Notes: a model not told the origin generated them from the letters alone. DNA of 64,000 bases from an uncultured Candidatus Saccharibacteria bacterium (GCA_964545345.1 CAZJFE010000001.1:15360-79359), one strand, 5' to 3'. Shown: positions 1 to 7,793, counted from the stretch's first letter. Made by a program: numbers and translations.

Positions 1-99
1 TGCCCGAGCTATGCGGCTTGGGTGGAGAAAAATATTCGGATCGCTATTCAAAAAGAAATTCTTAGGGCCAAGGGATTAATCCCTCCGGAGTTGAACTGA
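1..99 (+). CDS. 3' end of an unidentified upstream gene (partial, 32 codons plus stop); stop overlaps the next start (TGATG), suggesting translational coupling to the NifU-like gene
   Basis: Open frame 1 runs from the window edge to TGA at 97-99; ATG of the next ORF at 99-101. Confidence 0.4.
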   Translation, partial: CPSYAAWVEKNIRIAIQKEILRAKGLIPPELN

Positions 100-587
100 T
101 GTCGGCCGATGAAGAATTGCTTCGCCATTATCAGCAGCCAAAGAATTGGGGTAGTTTTCCCGAAAAGACCAAGAGTGTATTGATTGGTCAGGATCGATCC
201 GAGCTTTATAATGATTTCCTGTCGTTGTCTTTTCGGTGGGCGATGCTCCCCTGTCCTGAATGTTTTGGCGCTGGTAAGGCGGCAAACTCCGCATACGGAA
301 GTTCTGATATTGAGTTCGTGAACTGTTCCGCCTGTCACACGTTCGGATCCATCTATTATATAGAAGCGGTCCACCACGTTTCAGTGGGTTGTGGCTGGTT
401 AATCGCTTCTTCTAGTTGGTTCTCCGAATACGCTGAATGTAGGCGGGTTGAAGAGATCATGAAGCTGAAAGTTGACGATATTATCAATCTATCTGGTCTT
501 CCTTGGGCGGGAGCCCATTGCGCCTCATTAATTGTTGGAGCGATAAAAGACGCTTTTGAATTGGGATTCAGTTGCCTTAAAGATTAA
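99..587 (+). CDS. NifU/IscU-like Fe-S cluster assembly scaffold with a Cys-rich insertion
   Basis: N-term HYQQPKNWG resembles IscU HYENPRNVG; GCGWLIASSS and LPWAGAHCASLIVGAIKDA match IscU GCGSAIASSS and PPVKIHCSILAEDAIKAA; extra segment CPECFGAG..CSACH between motifs. Confidence 0.75.
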   Translation: MSADEELLRHYQQPKNWGSFPEKTKSVLIGQDRSELYNDFLSLSFRWAMLPCPECFGAGKAANSAYGSSDIEFVNCSACHTFGSIYYIEAVHHVSVGCGWLIASSSWFSEYAECRRVEEIMKLKVDDIINLSGLPWAGAHCASLIVGAIKDAFELGFSCLKD

Positions 588-613
588 GGAGCTCAAATGA
601 GCTCCTTTTTATT
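588..613 (+). terminator. Rho-independent terminator after the NifU-like gene
   Basis: Hairpin ggagctc-aaat-gagctcc followed by tttttattt. Confidence 0.7.
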
Positions 614-895
614 TGCCGGATAATGCGGCAACTAGGCAACTTAGTATACTTGACAGAATCCGGCAATCGGTGTGAAACATGTTGTTTTGTTTAACACTTG
701 GATATTAGGAGATTTGTTTAACAGTTAAGTGTTAAACACCGTACCAGATTTGTGCGGGAATCTATAAATTTGTTTGGTGATAAACAAATCCTATGTAAAA
801 CAGGTGCCGTCATAGCTAGAAGAATTTGTTTATCGTCAAACAATGTTTCACAAACTTTTGTTTTTACAAGTTAAACAATATATAATTTTGGCACT

Positions 896-1285
896 ATGTT
901 TAGCGCTAAACAAATGACTGATAAACAAATTACCGGAAATGATGGCGAGAATTTAGCTTGCGATTTTTTAATCAGAAAGGGATATAAAATTATTGAGCGC
1001 AATTATCTGAAACCATGGGGAGAATTGGATATTATCACCAAAGATCGTAGCGGAGTACTGGTTTTTGTTGAAGTAAAAACGATGCGTTGTTTGCCGGCAA
1101 ACACCGTCTTACAACCTGAAGATAACTTAACTGACGCCAAGCTGAAGAAGCTCCGGCGAACCGCCGAGATGTTTGCCGGTAAACATCCAGAACTAATAGA
1201 TAGCGACCTTGGGTGGCGCATTGATTTAGTAGCGATTTGTTTAACGTCAAACAAAAGTAAAATTAGGCACTATGAAAATGTTTAA
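896..1285 (+). CDS. yraN: YraN-family (UPF0102) predicted endonuclease
   Basis: GENLACDFLIRKGYKIIERNY...GELDIITKD...LVFVEVKT matches the UPF0102/YraN signature; 129 aa. Confidence 0.85.
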   Translation: MFSAKQMTDKQITGNDGENLACDFLIRKGYKIIERNYLKPWGELDIITKDRSGVLVFVEVKTMRCLPANTVLQPEDNLTDAKLKKLRRTAEMFAGKHPELIDSDLGWRIDLVAICLTSNKSKIRHYENV

Positions 1286-1323
1286 CACTTTGTTTAACAG
1301 CGAATTCGGCAATCTTTGCCTTA

Positions 1324-1353
1324 TTGACAAAATGCGGCAAGATGTGCTATAAT
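1324..1353 (+). promoter_or_regulatory. Consensus sigma70-type promoter (TTGACA-18-TATAAT) upstream of the small Gly-tail membrane protein; an AATGCGGCAAG motif lies in the spacer
   Basis: ttgaca at 1324-1329 and tataat at 1348-1353; ORF starts 1411 with aaagggga SD. Confidence 0.65.
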
Positions 1354-1410
1354 CAAACCAGAGTGAAAGTTAAATAACCTCCTGAAATCAACCAAGAGAA
1401 AGGGGATCCC

Positions 1411-1701
1411 ATGGATCATGTTTACAGCTTTTTCTTCGGGGGATGGAAGAACATCCTGGGCTGTATCATCGTAATCTTCGGTCTCTGTTATTTGCAGTGG
1501 CCGGAGGAGACGATGGAGCACCTTCTGGTTGGGGTGGTACAGGTGAGGGATGTAGTTCTCGTACCGCTGTGGCCGGTGCTGAAGCCCCTGCTCCTGATCG
1601 CCGCCGCTATTGCTGCCTTCGTTGTCATGACGAAAGGCGTCACTGGTGGAGGAGGTGGGGGAGGCGGAGGAAAACCGTCTGGAGGGGGCAAGAAGAAGTA
1701 A
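1411..1701 (+). CDS. Small membrane protein (two predicted TM helices) with poly-Gly/Lys C-terminal tail
   Basis: Hydrophobic N-terminal 75 aa then GVTGGGGGGGGGKPSGGGKKK; own promoter, SD and terminator. Confidence 0.6.
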   Translation: MDHVYSFFFGGWKNILGCIIVIFGLCYLQWPEETMEHLLVGVVQVRDVVLVPLWPVLKPLLLIAAAIAAFVVMTKGVTGGGGGGGGGKPSGGGKKK

Positions 1702-1702
1702 G

Positions 1703-1737
1703 CCGCTTAGGTCCTTTCAGGACCGGGCGGTTTTTTA
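1703..1737 (+). terminator. Rho-independent terminator (also abuts the 3' end of the convergent TrmB-like gene)
   Basis: ccgcttaggtcc-tttc-aggaccgggcgg followed by ttttttat. Confidence 0.7.
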
Positions 1738-2514
1738 TCGTTCGGCTTTGTCGTAGAGCGTATAGAAGATACTGCGGAACATCTGTACTATATATTGGTC
1801 TTCTATCAGAACGACAAGAGGCGCCTTAGGCTGCCAGAGTACTACTTTATTAGCAAAGATATTGAACGAGGTTGTAAAAGGGCTAGCGCTTTTAAAAATT
1901 CTAAGCTCGCGCAATTCTTCTTTGGCCACCCCTTTGATCAAGTCAACTCCTTTGCCGGGTAAAACTAAACTTCGCACATTGATTTTCTTAGCGACGCGTC
2001 TTTTCGCCCACTCTCTTTGATGCTCCCAGGAAATGAAAGCCAAAATGTCGGAGGCGGAGCCAAAAAATTCTATCTGGTCTTTGGCTTCGTCTAAAATTTG
2101 TTGATATATCTTTAAAAATTGTTCTTTTCCTTCTAATACTCTTATTTTTGTCGGCGTGGCTCCTTGGCGGTAGAGAGCGAGTAGGTCGGGCATGGCTGAA
2201 GTCAGGTGTTGGCCCAAGTCCGACATAGCTTCCTGTTTTTGGCGCAGTTTTTCCAAAACTAGAGTCGGCGATTCCACGGTGAACGATCGGGAATATTTTT
2301 TATGCTCGCTAAATTTAGCTAGGCCGTGCTTTTCTAGCCCGGCAATCACCTTATAAACGTTCGGACGAGGCATGTTTAGGTGCTTGGCAAGTTCGGAGAT
2401 GGAACTCGGCCCAAGTAGTAGGGAAATGGTGTAGAGGTTTATTTCCAGTTCGCTAAGGCCGAGTTGGCGCAGAGAGTCGTATACATTTTCCTCTACTTGT
2501 TTTAGGTCGGCCAT
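1735..2514 (-). CDS. TrmB-family (sugar-responsive type) transcriptional regulator
   Basis: N-terminal wHTH LGLSELEINLYTISLLLGPSSISELAKHLNMPRPNVYKVIAGLEKHGL; ~259 aa with C-terminal effector-like domain typical of TrmB. Confidence 0.75.
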   Translation of the reverse strand: MADLKQVEENVYDSLRQLGLSELEINLYTISLLLGPSSISELAKHLNMPRPNVYKVIAGLEKHGLAKFSEHKKYSRSFTVESPTLVLEKLRQKQEAMSDLGQHLTSAMPDLLALYRQGATPTKIRVLEGKEQFLKIYQQILDEAKDQIEFFGSASDILAFISWEHQREWAKRRVAKKINVRSLVLPGKGVDLIKGVAKEELRELRIFKSASPFTTSFNIFANKVVLWQPKAPLVVLIEDQYIVQMFRSIFYTLYDKAER

Positions 2515-2568
2515 AGGCTTAAGTGTATATCTTATATATACACTATTAGTATATTAAGGTCAATAGCG

Positions 2569-2597
2569 TTGACAAATAGTTATATTTGGAGTATAAT
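2569..2597 (+). promoter_or_regulatory. Perfect consensus sigma70 promoter (TTGACA-17-TATAAT) driving the hammerhead/small-ORF transcription unit
   Basis: ttgaca 2569-2574, 17-nt spacer, tataat 2592-2597; divergent from the TrmB-like gene. Confidence 0.7.
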
Positions 2598-3010
2598 CCC
2601 CGCAAGAAGTTGAGGGTGGGTTTGGTGGAGTGAGTCATGGTGATGAAGTGGAGCTATGCGGATTCGGCCGGGGCTTTATCAAAAATACATAATTGCCCGA
2701 CGGTGTTCCGAGATCCCATAGCGCTGCAGCATTACCACGTGGAGTACGTTACAACGAACTTCATCATCATGACTCACCTCATCAAATCTTGATGAGGCAG
2801 CACCTTTGAATAGGGAGGCCTAAAATGTGGAACATGTAAAGGCGTAGAGAGCGACCAGAAGAGATGGATCCACAGACCTAAAGAAAAGGGACCGGCAATA
2901 AAAAGTCGGGGAGGTGGGGTAGTAGAGATTGCGAAACCCCACCTCCAGGTTGTTTAACAATTCAGGGTTGCAAGTTACCCCTACCGGACCCTCTTGGACC
3001 GGAAAACTTG

Positions 3011-3066
3011 CTCTGTCCTCGGGTGTGCACCCGGGCTGATGAGCCAGAAATGGCGAAACAGATCGT
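3011..3066 (+). ncRNA. Type III hammerhead ribozyme motif (copy 1)
   Basis: cugUC cleavage site (C3017), stem I hairpin cucgggugugcacccggg, CUGAUGA core 3036-3042, stem II g-cca-GAAA-ugg-c, GAAA 3055-3058, stem III cag/cug; all conserved core nucleotides present. Confidence 0.7.
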
Positions 3067-3099
3067 TCTTCAAACAAAATCAAATTAAGGAGGTAGAAT

Positions 3100-3222
3100 A
3101 TGTTCCTTTTCGGCTACTTCGTTGGCGGGATGGTGGGGTGGGTAGTGGCCAAGCACCACCAGAGGTGGGAGCGATGGTTCTGGCTTCGGGTGGCCCGCCT
3201 GGCTCGCGGGAAGGCTGACTGA
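3100..3222 (+). CDS. Small ORF (40 aa) encoding a hydrophobic TM segment with Arg/Trp-rich cationic tail, 35 nt downstream of hammerhead 1 and behind a strong SD (aaggagg)
   Basis: MFLFGYFVGGMVGWVVAKHHQRWERWFWLRVARLARGKAD; SD 3087-3093, ATG 3100; below the 60-aa cutoff of the ORF track. Confidence 0.4.
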   Translation: MFLFGYFVGGMVGWVVAKHHQRWERWFWLRVARLARGKAD

Positions 3223-3317
3223 TAGTACGCGCGGAGAATAACCGCGATAAAAAACCGTTGGCTACCAACGTTAGCGGGGACCCTGGCGAAAAAATAAACC
3301 AAGGCGCTACCGCAGTG

Positions 3318-3372
3318 GTCTGTCCTCGGATGTGTGTCCGGGCTGATGAGCCAGAAATGGCGAAACAAATTT
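3318..3372 (+). ncRNA. Type III hammerhead ribozyme motif (copy 2)
   Basis: Same core as copy 1 (cugUC, CUGAUGAG-cca-GAAA-ugg-CGAAAC); stem I cucgga-ugugug-uccggg carries a compensatory change (gga/ucc versus ggg/ccc in copy 1) preserving pairing. Confidence 0.65.
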
Positions 3373-3398
3373 CGAGATTGAGCAGAAGGAAGCTAGGA

Positions 3399-3494
3399 AT
3401 GAGTTCCTTAAAAACAGAGGCACGGGTGGGCGCAGCCACCTTGGTGTCTAAAGAGGATCGGCTAGAGCTTTCCGGTTACGGGCGCTCTAGCTAA
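3399..3494 (+). CDS. Small ORF (31 aa, hydrophilic) downstream of hammerhead 2 with an upstream gaaggaag SD; may be non-coding
   Basis: MSSLKTEARVGAATLVSKEDRLELSGYGRSS; same architecture as the first module (ribozyme, ~35 nt, SD, ATG). Confidence 0.2.
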   Translation: MSSLKTEARVGAATLVSKEDRLELSGYGRSS

Positions 3495-3697
3495 TCCGGG
3501 GGTTTCGCCCCTCCGCGTTCTGTTTGGTCGAGCTCGCGTTGCAACGCGAGCGGCCATGCAGACGTCTTAGGCCGGCCGCCTAGGACTGACGGAAACAGCG
3601 GACGTAGGCATATCAGTGCGCGCACATTGATATACCTACTGCTCCCTCCCATTAATTTTAGATGGGTGGAATGGGATCAATTGCGAGACTTACTAAA

Positions 3698-3735
3698 GGT
3701 AGGTGGAGCCAGCCACTCCACTTACCCCTTTTATT
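3698..3735 (+). terminator. Strong Rho-independent terminator ending the ribozyme-containing unit
   Basis: 11-bp stem ggtaggtggag / ctccacttacc (one G-U) then ccttttatt. Confidence 0.65.
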
Positions 3736-3931
3736 CAGTTCATAAAAGCCTAGCTTTTGTGGATTGATAGAGGGTCATTGAAAAAGGAGCTGTGCTCACC
3801 GAGCGCGCATACAAACCAAAAGCCGAATGGTTATGGTGTATGCCGTTGATGTGGGCAGTGCTTGCGGGCTCAACTCGCGCAGCTTCTTTCTTCAACCCCC
3901 TTTCAGGAGACCCCCTATGTTCTAGACGCGC

Positions 3932-3964
3932 AACCCGCTCTTATTCTATGGGCGGGTTTTTTGT
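3932..3964 (+). terminator. Rho-independent terminator upstream of the YvcK-like gene
   Basis: aacccgc-13 nt loop-gcgggtt then tttttgtt. Confidence 0.5.
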
Positions 3965-4011
3965 TGCCGGTTGTCGGCTGTTCGCCGATCAATTACTATA
4001 TATGTAACAAA

Positions 4012-4965
4012 ATGAAGGCCTCGAAAAAGATCGTAGTAATCGGCGGGGGAACCGGAATTTTCCCGGTATTACTCGGGTTAAAGAAGTATTTTCAGGACAT
4101 TACCGTGGTGGTAACAACCGCTGACGAAGGAGGGTCCTCCGGGATCCTTAGGGAAGAATTTGGTATTTTGCCTCCCGGAGATCTTCGCCGCGCCTTGGTC
4201 GCCCTTTCTTCTTCCGATAATAAAATCTTGTCGGAACTTTTTAATTATCGTTTTCAGGAGGGGAGCGGTCTTTCCGGGCACAGCTTTGGAAACCTCCTGA
4301 TCACCGCCTTGGAACGGATTACCGGAGGATTTGATCGGGCTATAGAAGAGGCGGGGAAAATACTTTCGGTTCAGGGAAGGGTGTTGCCGGTTTCTCTGCA
4401 GAAGTGCTTCCTGATGGCCGAATTGGAGAATGGAGAAATCATAAAAGGGGAGAGGAACATTGATATCCCGAAACATGATGGTCATTTGCGTATCAAGAAA
4501 GTTTGGTTGAAGCCGGAAGCGAAAATTAATCCACAGGCGCAGAAAGCGATCCTGGCCGCGGATGGGATTATCATTGGCCCCGGTGACTTGTATACGAGTT
4601 TATTGCCAAATCTGCTGGTAAACGGAGTTTCTCAAGCCCTTAGAAAATCTAAAGGTAGGAAAATATATTTTGTAAACTTGATGACTAAGTTTGGAGAAAC
4701 GCACGGTTTCCGCGCTTCAGACTTTTCTAAAACGATTGAGGAATATTTAGGAAGAGATGTTTTGGATTACGTGGTAATTAATAAAGCCCAGCCCTCGCTG
4801 ATGCGCTTTAAGCCATACGCGAAAGAGAACTCCCAATTTGTGGAAGCTGATCTGAATAATTTTGATCGCAGACCGATTCCGGTAGTAGTTGATCTATTAA
4901 GGAAGAGCGGGTTTATCCGCCATGATCCTGAAAAGGTGGCAGCAGCGATCAAGACGCTAATTTAG
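4012..4965 (+). CDS. YvcK/CofD-like family protein (UPF0052, gluconeogenesis-factor-like)
   Basis: KIVVIGGGTGIFPVLLGLKKY...VVTTADEGGSSGILREEFGILPPGDLRRALVAL is the YvcK signature; start moved to internal ATG 4012 because the N-terminal extension overlaps a terminator. Confidence 0.8.
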   Translation: MKASKKIVVIGGGTGIFPVLLGLKKYFQDITVVVTTADEGGSSGILREEFGILPPGDLRRALVALSSSDNKILSELFNYRFQEGSGLSGHSFGNLLITALERITGGFDRAIEEAGKILSVQGRVLPVSLQKCFLMAELENGEIIKGERNIDIPKHDGHLRIKKVWLKPEAKINPQAQKAILAADGIIIGPGDLYTSLLPNLLVNGVSQALRKSKGRKIYFVNLMTKFGETHGFRASDFSKTIEEYLGRDVLDYVVINKAQPSLMRFKPYAKENSQFVEADLNNFDRRPIPVVVDLLRKSGFIRHDPEKVAAAIKTLI

Positions 4966-4967
4966 GG

Positions 4968-6014
4968 ATGAAGTACAAATTTTTTACCAGCTCTGAAAAA
5001 GCATGGCAGGCGATGCAGGAGGCGGCGGAGTCGGCCAAGAAATCAATTTTCCTGGAAAGTTTTATTTTGACCGATGATCATAAGACGCATAAGTTTTGGC
5101 AGGTCTTGAAAGCGAAGGCCAGAGAGGGGGTGAAGGTAAAAATAATTGTGGATCGGGCGGGGAGTTTTTGGTTTGGCACGATTGATCGCGAGGCCTTCGC
5201 CAGAGCCGGCGCTGAAGTTTTGATCTACAACCGTTGGATTAATCACACACACAGGAAACTGCTGATCGTGGATGAAGCAATTGGTTTTATTGGCGGCGTG
5301 AATATCCGCGGCGAATACGCGGACTGGCTAGATTTGCATTTGCGAACCACCGGACTTCTAGTCAAGCGGCTACTTAGCTCTTTTTCTCAAATATACTTTT
5401 TGTCCGGCGGCCGCGATGAATCGGTAACCGGTTTTCGCAGATGGCGAATTCCTAAGCTGAACGAATCTATTTATCGAGCGAAAACTTGGTTGATTGAGCG
5501 TTGGCCGCTCCATGATAAACGCGCTTTCGTTAACTATTACAAGAAAAAATGCGCTGAGGCGCAGAAAAGCATCAGAATCGTCACACCTTATTTTGTTCCA
5601 CAACCCTGGTTATTCAGGTCTCTGAAAAGAGCGGCCAAGCGCGGGGTGGCAGTAGAAGTTATTTTACCGGCGGACACCGATCACGCGTTAGTTCATCTAG
5701 CGCATCGATATATCATGAAAAGTCTGAGCCCAATGATTAAGTTTATGATGATGCCGACCATGAACCATGCCAAGGTTCTGTTAGTGGATGATCAAGAGGG
5801 GCTAGTCGGATCTAATAATATTGATGGTCAAAGTTTTAATTTTAACTTGGAGGCCAGTGTAGTCTTTCAGCGAAAAGACATGATAGGGGATCTGCGGACG
5901 ATTTTGGATGATTGGAGAAAAAAATCCACCCCATTTTCAGGGGCGGATTTTAAGTGGCGCTGGTACGATCGGATATTAGAATTCCTAGTAGGGCTAGTCT
6001 ATCCGATACTCTAA
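4968..6014 (+). CDS. Phospholipase D-family protein with two HKD motifs (cardiolipin-synthase-like)
   Basis: [19 protein letters not shown] and [20 protein letters not shown] are HxK(x)4D motifs. Confidence 0.8.
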   Translation: MKYKFFTSSEKAWQAMQEAAESAKKSIFLESFILTDDHKTHKFWQVLKAKAREGVKVKIIVDRAGSFWFGTIDREAFARAGAEVLIYNRWINHTHRKLLIVDEAIGFIGGVNIRGEYADWLDLHLRTTGLLVKRLLSSFSQIYFLSGGRDESVTGFRRWRIPKLNESIYRAKTWLIERWPLHDKRAFVNYYKKKCAEAQKSIRIVTPYFVPQPWLFRSLKRAAKRGVAVEVILPADTDHALVHLAHRYIMKSLSPMIKFMMMPTMNHAKVLLVDDQEGLVGSNNIDGQSFNFNLEASVVFQRKDMIGDLRTILDDWRKKSTPFSGADFKWRWYDRILEFLVGLVYPIL

Positions 6015-7036
6015 ACGACGGTAGTCGCGACTTCTTTGACTCTTTTTTCCAGCGCCTGCAGTAGTTTTTTGTCTTCTACTAATTTTGCTTTTACGTTTTC
6101 AATGCCGACGCCTAATTTTTCTCCCTCAAAGCTGTAAGAGGCGCCCGCTTTTGTCATAACGCCGTATTTCAAAGCGGCGTTAGCGACATCGGCTTCATAG
6201 GACATCCCGGTGCCATACATAATATCAAACTCGGCGATTTTGAAGGGCGCCGCCACTTTATTTTTAACCACTTTCGCTCGGACACGATTACCGACAACAT
6301 CCTCACCTTTTTTAATTACCGCCTCTTTGCGAACATCAATTCTAACTGAAGAATAGAATTTCAACGCCCGCCCTCCGGGGGTGGTTTCCGGGTTGCCGAA
6401 CACGATCCCGATTTTTTCACGTAGCTGATTGATAAAGATCACCATTGTGTTGGATTTAGCCGAGATTGCCGTTAGCTTGCGCAGGGCCTGGGACATCATC
6501 CGTGCCTGTAACCCCATGTATTGCGCGCCCATTTCTCCTTCAATTTCTACTTTCGGGGTAAGAGCGGCCACTGAATCTACGACGACCACATCAATAATCC
6601 CGGAGCGCACCAGACTTTCCAGGATGTTTAGCGCTTCTTCGCCATTGTCCGGTTGGGAGATCAACAATTCCTTTGTTTTCACTCCCAATTTTCCGGCATA
6701 TTCCGGGTCCATGGCGTGCTCCGCGTCAATAAAAGCGGCCTTGCCTCCCTTTCTTTGGGCTTGAGCAATAACGTTTAGAGCCAAGGTAGTTTTACCGGAA
6801 GACTCCGGTCCATATATTTCCACGATCCTTCCTTTCGGTAATCCGCCTACCCCAAGAGCAAGATCTAGGGAAAAGGATCCGGTGGGAATAGATTCCACGT
6901 TGAGCTTTTTCGCGTCACCCAACTTCATAATCGCTCCCTCGCCGAACTTTTCCTGCAAAGACGACAGCAGACTATCCATGTCTACTTTTCCGCCCGCTTT
7001 TTCCGCTCCCTCCTTGGCCTCTTTTTTATTGGTCAT
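6011..7036 (-). CDS. recA: Recombinase RecA
   Basis: [19 protein letters not shown] (Walker A), [24 protein letters not shown]2-loop [25 protein letters not shown]. Confidence 0.97.
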   Translation of the reverse strand: MTNKKEAKEGAEKAGGKVDMDSLLSSLQEKFGEGAIMKLGDAKKLNVESIPTGSFSLDLALGVGGLPKGRIVEIYGPESSGKTTLALNVIAQAQRKGGKAAFIDAEHAMDPEYAGKLGVKTKELLISQPDNGEEALNILESLVRSGIIDVVVVDSVAALTPKVEIEGEMGAQYMGLQARMMSQALRKLTAISAKSNTMVIFINQLREKIGIVFGNPETTPGGRALKFYSSVRIDVRKEAVIKKGEDVVGNRVRAKVVKNKVAAPFKIAEFDIMYGTGMSYEADVANAALKYGVMTKAGASYSFEGEKLGVGIENVKAKLVEDKKLLQALEKRVKEVATTVV

Positions 7037-7076
7037 ATTTTTTTATTTACGAATATAGAAAATTTACCAAACTTTT

Positions 7077-7730
7077 TTATTTCTGTACATCTTCGGCGGC
7101 CACGGGCTGATAAATGATCTGTTTGACCATCTTCGCTTCCCGACCCAAAAATCTTCGGGCCGCGATCTCAAAAGTATTTAGGCCGGAGTGAAGGTCGTAG
7201 CTGGCGCTAAAACCTCCATCTTTATCGGCGATTACCTCCTCGCCATTAACGAAAACTTTGTCCTTCGGTTCAATTTTACCCCGAAGCTCATATTGTGGAA
7301 GGATTGAGATAACCGTGGCGCTGAGCGGGTTACGAACTTCTAGAGGCGGTATGCCAATCAGCTCGTAGGCATTGAAGCCCAAATAAATTATTACAAACAA
7401 CCCGGCCACGCCAACCCAGAGCCATTTTTGCGGATTGCCTTTGAGAGCGAAGCGATTTTCCGGTAGCTTATCAGATGACCCGGAAGACTTTATTTCTGCC
7501 TCTTCTCTATACAAATCCCACAATTCATCGGTCTGACATTCCAACGTGACCTCTATTTTTTTAAAATATCCGCGAGCGTAGGGGGCGGCCGGCAGTTTAT
7601 GCCATTCGCCAGCTAAAATATTTTCCAAGTAATGTCGGGGGATGTTGGTGAGGAAAAATATTTTTTCCAAATTCAAACCCCGCGCGTCCAGTTTTTCTAT
7701 GATTAACTCTCGCAGGGTTTTTTGCTCCAT
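7077..7730 (-). CDS. rodZ: RodZ-like cytoskeleton protein (XRE-type HTH, TM segment, C-terminal DUF4115-like domain)
   Basis: N-terminal LRELIIEKLDARGLNLEKIFFLTNIPRHYLENILAGEWHKLPAAPYARGYFK resembles the RodZ HTH; central TM WLWVGVAGLFVIIYLGF. Confidence 0.65.
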   Translation of the reverse strand: MEQKTLRELIIEKLDARGLNLEKIFFLTNIPRHYLENILAGEWHKLPAAPYARGYFKKIEVTLECQTDELWDLYREEAEIKSSGSSDKLPENRFALKGNPQKWLWVGVAGLFVIIYLGFNAYELIGIPPLEVRNPLSATVISILPQYELRGKIEPKDKVFVNGEEVIADKDGGFSASYDLHSGLNTFEIAARRFLGREAKMVKQIIYQPVAAEDVQK

Positions 7731-7793
7731 CTCTTTTCCCCCGCATTATACCAATCCGGCTTGTCTGTTAGCAACTAGTCAGGGCTAGAGTAG

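Noticed and set aside
650-678. Possible promoter TTGACA (650-655) upstream of yraN
   Set aside because: There is no acceptable -10 hexamer at 17±1 spacing (tgaaac). It was left unannotated.
1443-1829. Overlapping ORFs 1443-1829 (+) and 1488-1691 (-) with Gly/Pro-rich products
   Set aside because: These are alternate frames of the poly-Gly-encoding segment of the small membrane protein gene. The chosen frame has the promoter, SD and terminator.
2820-3494. Long ORFs from the six-frame track across the ribozyme region (2820-3083 minus, 3080-3439 minus, 3114-3368 minus, 2994-3218 plus, 3258-3494 plus as a 78-aa frame)
   Set aside because: They run through the hammerhead cores and the GC-rich structured segment, and have no SD or plausible start. 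High GC keeps frames open. Only the short SD-preceded ORFs at 3100 and 3399 are retained, at low confidence.
3862-4011. 50-aa N-terminal extension of the YvcK-like ORF
   Set aside because: The extension overlaps a terminator hairpin and has no homology. The conserved YvcK N-terminus (KIVVIGGGTG) begins right after the internal ATG at 4012.
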